Source of the DNA: Candidatus Babelota bacterium
Lineage (GTDB): Bacteria > Babelota > Babeliae > Babelales > Vermiphilaceae
Assembly: GCA_039809905.1 (NCBI GenBank)
Contig: JBDHVY010000001.1
Location: 1,020,001 to 1,052,000, forward strand
Length of the DNA stretch: 32,000 bases
Direction of reading: 5' to 3'
The position numbers were made by a program, and so were the translations under genes. Positions 16,789-24,104 of the stretch are shown here, piece by piece; the stretch's first letter is position 1; each line of letters begins with the position of its first letter. A model generated the notes under the pieces. That model saw only the letters and a list, made by a program, of their open reading frames with translations, did not search any database and was not told the origin of the DNA.

Positions 16789-18183
16789 ATGGGATCTAAA
16801 GTTAGACAAATGGTACGTGGACTATTTGAGATTGAACCGCAAGAGCGGATGAAACTCTTTTTCTTGTCTCTTCTTTATTTTCTTGTGGTAGGTGCTTATA
16901 CAATGACGCGCGATCTTAAAAGTGCCATCTTTTTGGAGATCGTTGGCAAAGAGTATATACCATGGGTAAAAATAGTTTCGATGTTTATGCTCGTTCCTGC
17001 TATTTTTTTCTATTCACGCCTTGTTGATAAGGTTCGCCGATACCAATTATTGATTGTTTACAGTATTATTTTTGGTGTAGCAAATTTAATTTTTGCTTAC
17101 TACATAGGACATCCAGAAATTGGGATTTTGAATACTCACGAACATCCGACTCGCTTATTTGCGTGGTTTTTCTATTTTTTTGTTGAAGGATATTCGCCAT
17201 TTGTAGTTGGAGTTTTTTGGGCGCTGGCAAACTCGGTTAATAGTCCCGCTGAAGCAAAAAGAAATTATGGCTATATGGTAGCAGGTTCAAAATTTGGTGG
17301 AATGGTTGCTGCTGCATTAGCGTGGTATATATTTGACTTGAGCGCTTCCATGGCATACCCTCATTTTACTCATGTAGTAGCTCATCAAGTGATTCTTGTT
17401 ATATCAACCTTATTCTTAGCATTAGTTCCTATCGTTGCTTTATTATTCATCAAAACAGTTCCTGGACATCTTTTACATGGATATGAGGCTGCATATAAAT
17501 TAGAAAAGCAATCTGTTCAAGCTAAACCAAGTATGTTCGCCGGGCTTGAAATGTTTGCAAAATACCCGTATGTGCTTGGTATTTTTGGTATGATCTTCTT
17601 TTATGAAGTTGTATCAACAGCATTGAGTTTTTTGAGGCTTGGCGTAGCTGAAGCTGGTGCATCATCAATTTCTGACGTTTCCAAAGGGCTCTTTGAAATG
17701 GCATTTAAAGCCCATCTTGTTGGATTTGTTATTTCCTTAATTGGAACGCAAGCCTTACTTTCTCGGTTAGGAACGCGTATTTGTTTGATGCTTATTCCTC
17801 TTTCTATGGGCGGAATACTTTTCTATCTGGTATTTGAAACGTCTCCAGCAGCATTGCGAAATGCTTTTGCTATATTTACAGCACTTAATTATGCCTTCCT
17901 TGCTCCTGTTCGTGAGAGTTTATATTTGCCAACAGTTAAAGAGATCAAGTTTAAATCAAAATCATGGATTGATGCTTTTGGTAGTAAGTTTTCCAAGGCA
18001 ACGGGATCGATGTTTAATGTTTTTGTTTCAAGAATTGGATCAGCACATATTTTGCCCGTTTATTCCTTCTTTTTTGCGGGGATAATATGTATGTGGTTTG
18101 GCGTGGCATTTTTGCTGGGTCGCCGATTTGAAAAGGCTATTGTTAATAATGAAGTTATAGGTAGTGAAGAAGAAAATGCTTAA
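16789..18183 (+). CDS. tlc: Nucleotide transporter, Tlc/NTT family, copy 2 (divergent paralog)
   Basis: The same family blocks are present: TRDLKSAIF, VFWALANSVNSPAEAKRNYGYMVAGSKFGG and RESLYLPTVKEIKFKSKSWIDAFGSKFSKATGS. I chose the ATG at 16789 because its N-terminus (MGSKVRQMVRGLFEIEPQER) aligns with that of copy 1. The track's TTG at 16699 is unlikely. Confidence 0.8.
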   Translation: MGSKVRQMVRGLFEIEPQERMKLFFLSLLYFLVVGAYTMTRDLKSAIFLEIVGKEYIPWVKIVSMFMLVPAIFFYSRLVDKVRRYQLLIVYSIIFGVANLIFAYYIGHPEIGILNTHEHPTRLFAWFFYFFVEGYSPFVVGVFWALANSVNSPAEAKRNYGYMVAGSKFGGMVAAALAWYIFDLSASMAYPHFTHVVAHQVILVISTLFLALVPIVALLFIKTVPGHLLHGYEAAYKLEKQSVQAKPSMFAGLEMFAKYPYVLGIFGMIFFYEVVSTALSFLRLGVAEAGASSISDVSKGLFEMAFKAHLVGFVISLIGTQALLSRLGTRICLMLIPLSMGGILFYLVFETSPAALRNAFAIFTALNYAFLAPVRESLYLPTVKEIKFKSKSWIDAFGSKFSKATGSMFNVFVSRIGSAHILPVYSFFFAGIICMWFGVAFLLGRRFEKAIVNNEVIGSEEENA

Positions 18184-18263
18184 AGCATTGCGTTATGCAT
18201 TGCATTTTTTTCTTATTTTGTTACACTTTCAATGAATGAAATAAAATCATAAAGGATGTTTGG

Positions 18264-19079
18264 ATGAGAGATCTTAAAGAATTATTTGGGGAATTGGTAA
18301 AAGCAGGGGTTCATTTCGGTCACCAGAAGTCTCGTTGGTGCCCTAAGATGAAGCCATATATCTGGGGTTACAAGAACGGGGTTCACTTGATTAATGTTGC
18401 CCTAACTGCTGACCATTTACGCAAAGCAGAAAAATTCTTAGAGTCTGTAGCCGCTGAAGGTAAGACGGTTTTGTGGGTTGGAACTAAAAAAGCTGCATCA
18501 AAAAGTATTGCTGAAATTGCAACTCGCTTAAATCAACCATATGTAAATCATAGATGGTTAGGTGGAACACTACTTAACTGGAGCCAAGTTAAAAAGTCTC
18601 TTACAAGACTTCTTCATTATGAAGACATTTTGGTAAAGTCTGAAGCAAATCCTTTTTATACTAAAAAAGAACTTAACTTATATAAAAAAACTGCTGATAA
18701 GCTTGAAAAAACAGTTGGTGGTATTAGAAAGTTATCATTACCAGTTGGAGCTATCGTTATAGTTGACGTAAGCAAAGAACAATCAGCAGTTAAAGAAGCT
18801 GTATTGATGGGTCTTCCTATCGTTGCTATTGTTGATACTAATTCTGATCCGTCAGATATTGATTTCGTTGTTCCGGGTAATGATGATTCCCCTCAAGCTA
18901 TCAACCTTCTTTTAAATGTAATGGCAGATGCGGTTGCTCGTGGTAATGAAACTGCTAAAAAAGCAAAAGAAGATAATCAAGTTGCTAAAAAAACTGGCGT
19001 AAAAGAAACAGCACAAGTTACGCAAGATGCGCCGAGTGATGTTGAAATAGCGTTGCAACAGCTCGATGCCCAAGAATAA
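18264..19079 (+). CDS. rpsB: 30S ribosomal protein S2
   Basis: The N-terminus LVKAGVHFGHQKSRWCPKM and the blocks VLWVGTKK and IVDTNSDPSDIDFVVPGNDD are classic uS2 motifs. The RBS is AAAGGA. Confidence 0.95.
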   Translation: MRDLKELFGELVKAGVHFGHQKSRWCPKMKPYIWGYKNGVHLINVALTADHLRKAEKFLESVAAEGKTVLWVGTKKAASKSIAEIATRLNQPYVNHRWLGGTLLNWSQVKKSLTRLLHYEDILVKSEANPFYTKKELNLYKKTADKLEKTVGGIRKLSLPVGAIVIVDVSKEQSAVKEAVLMGLPIVAIVDTNSDPSDIDFVVPGNDDSPQAINLLLNVMADAVARGNETAKKAKEDNQVAKKTGVKETAQVTQDAPSDVEIALQQLDAQE

Positions 19080-19084
19080 TTTAT

Positions 19085-19106
19085 AACCCTAAATCTTTTT
19101 AGGGTT
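19085..19106 (+). terminator. Hairpin after rpsB (possible weak terminator)
   Basis: The 9-bp stem AACCCTAAA / TTTAGGGTT has a TCTT loop. Only a weak T-rich tract follows (GCAATTTCTT). Confidence 0.4.
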
Positions 19107-19158
19107 GCAATTTCTTCCTCTTAAATGAGGTCTCCATGTGAAATGCAACATGGATATT

Positions 19159-19250
19159 GGAGAGGTGTCTGAGCGGTTGAAGGAGCATGATTGGAAATCA
19201 TGTATGTTTCGAAAGAGGCATCGAGGGTTCGAATCCCTCTCTCTCCACCA
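19159..19250 (+). tRNA. tRNA-Ser (anticodon GGA), class II with long variable arm, CCA encoded
   Basis: The acceptor stem is GGAGAGG / TCTCTCC (one G-U). The D-loop is GAGCGGTTGAA. The anticodon stem CATGA / TCATG carries the loop TTGGAAA. There is a long variable arm, a T-arm GAGGG-TTCGAAT-CCCTC, and a terminal ACCA. Confidence 0.9.
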
Positions 19251-19335
19251 GCTTTCGCCAAGGCTTCAGCTGGCGCGCCATTTTTTCAAATGATTGTGAT
19301 ATGGATTGGGAAAAAGTTTTTATATGATGGCGAAA

Positions 19336-19381
19336 GCTGTCCGCCGAAGCTTTATGCGAAGGCTGGACGATAAAATAAAAA
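19336..19381 (+). repeat. GC-rich hairpin repeat, copy E (divergent)
   Basis: GCTGTCCGCCGAAGCTTTATGCGAAGGCTGGACGATAAAATAAAAAG shares the ATGCGAAGG..TGG..GATAAAA(G) right half with copies A, B and C. The stem is GTCC.GCC / GGC.GGAC. Confidence 0.35.
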
Positions 19382-19459
19382 GCCGATTCTCGCTCCTGTG
19401 TAAAAACAAGGTTCGATGACTTAAAAATATGCTCGCTATGCAATGTGAGCAACAGTTAT

Positions 19460-19547
19460 GGGAAAGTAGATAAAGAAATGAGTTCATAATCTGTCAGGTC
19501 TGAAAAGAAGCAGCAGGATGTAATAAAATTCTTGTAGATACTTTCTC
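19460..19547 (+). ncRNA. ffs: Signal recognition particle RNA, small (4.5S-type)
   Basis: GTCAGGTCTGAAAAGAAGCAGC (19493-19514) matches the universally conserved domain IV (E. coli 4.5S GUCAGGUCCGGAAGGAAGCAGC, as I recall it). The symmetric loop CAGG/AGCA flanks the 3-bp stem TCT/AGA capped by a GNRA tetraloop (GAAA, 19502-19505). The closing helix is GGGAAAGTA (19460-19468) / TACTTTCTC (19539-19547). The position directly upstream of dnaX matches the scr-dnaX arrangement of Bacillus subtilis. The ends are approximate. Confidence 0.7.
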
Positions 19548-19559
19548 ATATTTTCTTTG

Positions 19560-19601
19560 AATGGGGTCCCCATCGCAGCAGAGCGAAGGTGGGGATAAAA
19601 G
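19560..19601 (+). repeat. GC-rich hairpin repeat, copy B
   Basis: The sequence is AATGGGGTCCCCATCGCAGCAGAGCGAAGGTGGGGATAAAAG. The stems are CCCCA (19568-19572) / TGGGG (19590-19594) and TCGC / GCGA, with an AGG bulge. It also contains the 13-bp palindrome ATGGGGTCCCCAT (19561-19573). Confidence 0.7.
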
Positions 19602-19648
19602 TAGCAGGATGCAACAAAATTCTTGTAGATACTTTCTCATATTTCTTT

Positions 19649-19691
19649 AATGGGGTCCCCATCGCAGCGGATGCGGAGGTGGGGATAAAAG
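19649..19691 (+). repeat. GC-rich hairpin repeat, copy C, 12 nt upstream of the dnaX ATG
   Basis: The sequence is AATGGGGTCCCCATCGCAGCGGATGCGGAGGTGGGGATAAAAG. It has the same stems as copy B, with U-A replaced by U-G in the inner stem. The 3' AAAAGGA doubles as the dnaX RBS. Confidence 0.7.
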
Positions 19692-19703
19692 GATGCATTT
19701 TTA

Positions 19704-21455
19704 ATGACTTCTGTTGTGTTAAATTTAAGTAGAAAATGGCGGTCTCAAGATTTTGACCATATAGTTGGGCAAGATCTTGTTGTTCGTATTCTTAAAAATA
19801 GTCTCTATCTCGGGCATTATTTTCCGGTGTATTTGTTTGCTGGTCAACGTGGGTGTGGTAAAACGTCAACAGCGCGTATTTTTGCCAGTGCAGTAAATTG
19901 TCATGCGCTATCAGGTTTTCAAAAAGATCCCAAAAAGTCTGTTATTCCCTGTTTAACATGCGATTCATGTGTAGCTATGCGAAATGGCAATCACCCTGAT
20001 TTTATAGAAATTGATGCAGCTTCACATACGGGAGTTGATAATATTCGCAATATTATTGAATCATCATCATTGCTGCCGGTAATGGGTAACAAACGAGTTT
20101 ACTTGATTGATGAAGCACATATGTTGAGCAAGGCGGCTTTTAATGCAGCATTAAAAATTTTAGAAGAGCCACCTGCAACGGCATTATTTATTTTAGCAAC
20201 TACAAATCCTCATAAAATTATTGATACGGTTAGATCTCGTTGCTTTCAGTTATTCTTTACATCAATACCCCATGACCCTTTAAAAAATCATTTGCAAGCA
20301 ATTTGCAAAAGCGAAAAAATTGCCTGCACAGATGAAGCATTGGATCTCATAGTGCGTCATACTGATGGTTCTGCTCGCGATGCATTGAATGTGCTTGAGC
20401 AAATGAGATTTGCAAGTTCAGTGATAAACAAAGAAGCTGTGCTATCTCTGCTTGGCCATATTGATGATCAATATATTTTGAACCTTATGCGATTAACAAT
20501 GCAGGGGGCATCTACGGAATTGGTGCAATTACTGCAGTTGTTGAATATTAATCAACACAAAGCAGAATTTGTTTGGCAACGCATGATTGTTTTGTGTCGT
20601 TCGTTATTATGGATTAAATATGGTGTGCGGCCTCATGAGCTCATTGCTTCTATGAAACTATTAGAAGATCATGCAAAATTATATTCTCTCTCTGACATAC
20701 ACCATATTATTGAAGTTTTATATAATAACGAAGAGTTATTCCTTAAGACTGCAATGCAACATACGTATTTAGAAATGGTATTGTTAGGTTTATGCATTAA
20801 AAAGAAAACAGATAATGGTAGCAGCTCAGCTCCTTGTGCGTTGAGCATTGCTCCGCAAGAAGAATCATTAACTGCAGATGAAGAAGAGAATGATGATAAT
20901 GATGTTGAGCAAGATGAAGCATTAAATCCTGAACAAAAATGGCAACGATTTGTTGTTCGTATTGAGGCATTGAATGATCCATTAATCATCTCTGTATTCA
21001 AGCAATCCTGTTTTAAAGCATATGCAGAAAATACACATTATATTACCGTTGAATTATCCAAAGATTTTATTCTGTTTAAAGATTTGTTAGAAGGTAGCCA
21101 ACGATTATGGCAACCGTTGTTACAAGAAATTTTTTCTCAGCAGGTAAAGCTGGATATGCAATTTACTGGAATGCAAAAAATTGAAATAACTAAAAAACAA
21201 AAGAGTGATGATGCGGTTATACCAGTACAATCATCGTCTGTAATACAACATAAACAAAAATCACCTGTTTCATCATCGCGGCCTCAAGAGCAATTTCGTG
21301 GTAGTAATCGTTATAATAATTATGCTAAACCAACTATTGCTGTAAATAAAAATGATCTGCATATTGATGTTTCCGATGAAAACAGATGGAAAAAAGCTTC
21401 ATTTTTGATGCGACATTTTCCAGGTGTGGTTACCGAAATACGTGAAAATCAATGA
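19704..21455 (+). CDS. dnaX: DNA polymerase III subunit gamma/tau
   Basis: AAA+ clamp-loader motifs are present: FAGQRGCGKTS (Walker A), YLIDEAHML (Walker B), a Zn-module CLTCDSC, and SRC (VRSRC). The C-terminal half is low-complexity and acidic. Confidence 0.9.
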   Translation: MTSVVLNLSRKWRSQDFDHIVGQDLVVRILKNSLYLGHYFPVYLFAGQRGCGKTSTARIFASAVNCHALSGFQKDPKKSVIPCLTCDSCVAMRNGNHPDFIEIDAASHTGVDNIRNIIESSSLLPVMGNKRVYLIDEAHMLSKAAFNAALKILEEPPATALFILATTNPHKIIDTVRSRCFQLFFTSIPHDPLKNHLQAICKSEKIACTDEALDLIVRHTDGSARDALNVLEQMRFASSVINKEAVLSLLGHIDDQYILNLMRLTMQGASTELVQLLQLLNINQHKAEFVWQRMIVLCRSLLWIKYGVRPHELIASMKLLEDHAKLYSLSDIHHIIEVLYNNEELFLKTAMQHTYLEMVLLGLCIKKKTDNGSSSAPCALSIAPQEESLTADEEENDDNDVEQDEALNPEQKWQRFVVRIEALNDPLIISVFKQSCFKAYAENTHYITVELSKDFILFKDLLEGSQRLWQPLLQEIFSQQVKLDMQFTGMQKIEITKKQKSDDAVIPVQSSSVIQHKQKSPVSSSRPQEQFRGSNRYNNYAKPTIAVNKNDLHIDVSDENRWKKASFLMRHFPGVVTEIRENQ

Positions 21456-22771
21456 AAAAAACAAAACTTCCTCAGGTTGTCATCGTTGGTCGTACTAACG
21501 TTGGCAAATCGACTTTATTTAATCGGTTATCTGAAAATATAAAAGCTATAGCACTTGATCAAGAAGGTGTAACGCGTGATTTTTTAAGCGATACTATTTC
21601 ATGGCAAGGAAGAAGCTTTAATTTGGTTGATACAGGTGGTATCAGTTTACGCAGAACACAAGATCCTATTTTGGCTCAAGCTCGTGCGATTGCGTTATCA
21701 TTAATAGAATCTGCTGACATTATTTTGTTTGTTGTTGATGGCAAAAATGGATTAGTTACGGAAGATCGTGAAATTGCAAATTTACTCCATAAGCATGGCA
21801 AAGCAGTGTTTTTGGTAATCAATAAAGTAGATGTTAAAGATGCCATTGAAAATGTTCATGAATTTGAAGGACTTGGTTTTTCAAAAAGCTGTTTTATTTC
21901 TGCAACACATGGCAAAAATATTATTGATTTATTGGAGCTGATTATTGCTCATTTACCTCTTCCTGTTCTTGTAGAAGTTGAAGATCCAGCATATAAAGTT
22001 ATGTTATTGGGCAAACCTAATGTTGGTAAATCTTCACTTTTGAACTTGTTATTGCAAAAAGAACGTGCAATAGTTTCACCAGAAGCAGGCACAACACGAG
22101 AAGCTCTTGTTGAGCGAGTTAGTTTTTATCAAGAAGATATTCAGCTTGCAGATACTCCGGGTGTTCGCAGAATGCGATCGGTAACAGAGCCCCTTGAAGG
22201 CATGATGGTTCAATCAACCATGCAGGCTTTAAAGGGTTCAGATATTGTATTGTTGCTTATTGATGGCAGTGCTGATGCTGTTGTTGATCAAGAACTTAAG
22301 TTAGCATTTTATGCATTTGATAGTCAGTATAAAGCACTGATGATTTTATTTAACAAGTCAGACCTTATAGATGAAGGCACCAAAGTGCGCTTTGATCATT
22401 TACTTTCTGAATATGAGTTTTTCTTGAAAAAAATTGTGACTCTTTCTATTTCTTGTAAAACAGGAAAAAATGTTGGTAAAATTTTGCCTACGGTAAAAGA
22501 AATATGGGAGCGTCATTCTCGTCAGTTTAATCAAAATGAATTGACACAACTTTTCAAGGAAGCTTCAGTTCAGCGACCTCTTTATAATAATAAAAATTTA
22601 TTGATATTTTATTCTGCACATCAGATTAGCACAGCTCCTATTACAATCGTTATGCATGTAAATATGCCTTTATGGTTTGGCGAATCACAACTTGCCTATT
22701 TCGAACGAGTTTTACGGCAAGAATATGATTTACGTGGTGTGCCAGTTAAATTTATTGTACGCTCAAGATAA
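21452..22771 (+). CDS. der: Ribosome-associated GTPase Der (EngA), double G-domain
   Basis: There are two G1 motifs (GRTNVGKST and GKPNVGKSS), two DTGG/DTPG motifs, two NKVD/NKSD motifs, and a C-terminal KH-like region. The start overlaps the dnaX stop (ATGA). Confidence 0.9.
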   Translation: MKKTKLPQVVIVGRTNVGKSTLFNRLSENIKAIALDQEGVTRDFLSDTISWQGRSFNLVDTGGISLRRTQDPILAQARAIALSLIESADIILFVVDGKNGLVTEDREIANLLHKHGKAVFLVINKVDVKDAIENVHEFEGLGFSKSCFISATHGKNIIDLLELIIAHLPLPVLVEVEDPAYKVMLLGKPNVGKSSLLNLLLQKERAIVSPEAGTTREALVERVSFYQEDIQLADTPGVRRMRSVTEPLEGMMVQSTMQALKGSDIVLLLIDGSADAVVDQELKLAFYAFDSQYKALMILFNKSDLIDEGTKVRFDHLLSEYEFFLKKIVTLSISCKTGKNVGKILPTVKEIWERHSRQFNQNELTQLFKEASVQRPLYNNKNLLIFYSAHQISTAPITIVMHVNMPLWFGESQLAYFERVLRQEYDLRGVPVKFIVRSR

Positions 22772-22811
22772 AACTACCGAAATTGTGGGGTTATAAAAAA
22801 GGAGCGTTATC

Positions 22812-23162
22812 ATGCACAAACGTATTGTGTTTCGTAATATGGAACATTCTGATGTTATGGAGAAGTATGCTAATGAGCAGCTTGAAAGAATAATCGAATT
22901 TCTCGAAAATGATCGTGGACCTGTGCATATTGATTTATATCTTGAGCCAAGTAAGGTTCATGAGCATCATCGTGTTGATTTACATGTCAAAAGCGCTGAA
23001 TATAATTTAAATTCATCATACGAGCATGAAGGCATGGGGTTTTATGATGTGCTTGATCGTGTCATTGATGTTATGTATCGAGAACTTCATGAAGCAAAAA
23101 GAAGAAACAATGATGAAGAAAAGATGCGTGGTCGTCATGATGACGTGAAAAAACAACGATAG
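22812..23162 (+). CDS. hpf: Ribosome hibernation promoting factor / RaiA-family protein (short form)
   Basis: The strong RBS AAAGGAG precedes the start. The size (116 aa) and the N-terminal pattern I.FRNME.SD.M..YA.EQLERI are typical of the HPF/YfiA family. The tail is basic. Confidence 0.6.
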   Translation: MHKRIVFRNMEHSDVMEKYANEQLERIIEFLENDRGPVHIDLYLEPSKVHEHHRVDLHVKSAEYNLNSSYEHEGMGFYDVLDRVIDVMYRELHEAKRRNNDEEKMRGRHDDVKKQR

Positions 23163-24104
23163 TTATAAATAATGAAATTGGTCTTGGGCATATTGCATTG
23201 TTTTGAATAATAAAAATATTGTGCTACAGATCAAAAGCATACCAATAAAAGTACACAGAGTACGAAGATATCCAGATTGGAACTTCGTACTTTTTTTTGT
23301 ATAAAATAAGCCCGCAGAAAATGTACAAATGCATGCAATACTGACGGTAATTAATGGTATGGCTATAGTTTGTAAGAAAAGGAATGCATATGCAATGCTT
23401 GATACAATAACTAATGAGAATATGAATTCGAATATTTCATTTATTTTTGTATGTTTTTGTAATTGGCTTTTCAAAAAGTGAGACATAAGTATCAATAAAC
23501 AGAATATAAGGACTATGATGATAAGATACTTTTTAGATTCTGTTTTGAGTGATTTTATGATGTTCTTTAATATGTATAGTAATGCAATAAAATAATCATC
23601 TATTGAAGAAAAAGACGAATTATTTTTTTTGAATGGAGGGCTCTGTTGATTATCTAACAATGGATCATCGGGATATTCATTTTTTTCTAAGAGTTGAGAA
23701 AATATGAACGTAAAAATGGTATGATTTATTTTTTTTTCAGAAGCTCGATAATAGCTGCAATATAAATGTATGGGTTCAGAATTACATGCTTTTGGAGTTG
23801 CAATGATGGTCATTGAGATAGAAAATGTTTCATTAAAGATTTGTTTTGTTTCTTTGAATTCAGGATCATATTGATTTATGCTCTGTTTGTCTGTTTTCCA
23901 GGTGGATAATGCTACCGTTGGTTCCTGTACTGAACAAGTGATAAAATCTCTATAAATAAAATCTTTTTCTGGAACAATAAATGTAATAATGATTTCTTTT
24001 GTGTCAGGACTTATGTCAATTGCATTAAATGTTATAAGCTTTGGATTTGTTTTTCCAAAGCTTATAAAAAAAGATGTAGACAACATTAAAAGAAATAATC
24101 TCAT
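23163..24104 (-). CDS. Membrane protein: exported N-terminal domain with weak DsbD-alpha-like features plus about four Cys-containing TM helices
   Basis: It has a signal peptide. The block VPEKDFIYRDFI...YDPEFKETKQIFNETFSISMTI...CNSEPIHLYC resembles the E. coli DsbD alpha pattern GYYLYR..I...[20 protein letters not shown]...C-x5-C as I recall it. The C-terminal TMs carry Cys residues (IFCLL, IACIC, LCTF, LLICS). The start overlaps the bcp stop by 4 nt. Confidence 0.5.
   Translation of the reverse strand: MRLFLLMLSTSFFISFGKTNPKLITFNAIDISPDTKEIIITFIVPEKDFIYRDFITCSVQEPTVALSTWKTDKQSINQYDPEFKETKQIFNETFSISMTIIATPKACNSEPIHLYCSYYRASEKKINHTIFTFIFSQLLEKNEYPDDPLLDNQQSPPFKKNNSSFSSIDDYFIALLYILKNIIKSLKTESKKYLIIIVLIFCLLILMSHFLKSQLQKHTKINEIFEFIFSLVIVSSIAYAFLFLQTIAIPLITVSIACICTFSAGLFYTKKSTKFQSGYLRTLCTFIGMLLICSTIFLLFKTMQYAQDQFHYL

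Larger units (their letters stand above)
19512..19691 (+). repeat. Tandem direct repeat, two units of about 91 and 89 bp
   Basis: Unit 1 (19512-19602) and unit 2 (19603-19691) are near-identical: AGCAGGATG[T/C]AA[T/C]AAAATTCTTGTAGATACTTTCTCATAT(T)TTCTTT(G)AATGGGGTCCCCATCGCAGC[AGA/GGAT]GCG[A/G]AGGTGGGGATAAAAG. Unit 1 begins inside the SRP RNA. Confidence 0.9.

Noticed and set aside
18170-18215. Small hairpins AATGC-TTAAA-GCATT and ATGC-ATT-GCAT followed by T7, after transporter copy 2, as a terminator
   Set aside because: The stems are only 4-5 bp and one overlaps the stop codon. This is too weak to call with confidence, although the T7 tract makes some termination plausible.
19329-19345. GGCGAAAGCTGTCCGCC resembling the RNase P RNA GAGGAAAGUCCGGGC block
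   Set aside because: The match is imperfect. No other conserved rnpB blocks are present. The free interval (~200 nt) is too short for a bacterial RNase P RNA.
19191-19452. Track ORFs 19191..19373 (+) and 19198..19452 (-)
   Set aside because: Both overlap the tRNA-Ser gene and the repeat-rich non-coding spacer. Neither has an RBS, and the peptide composition is odd. They are most likely spurious.
19512-19691. A tandem repeat that could be mistaken for a CRISPR array
   Set aside because: There are only two contiguous units of ~90 bp with no spacers. Unit 1 is part of the SRP RNA. No cas genes are in the window.
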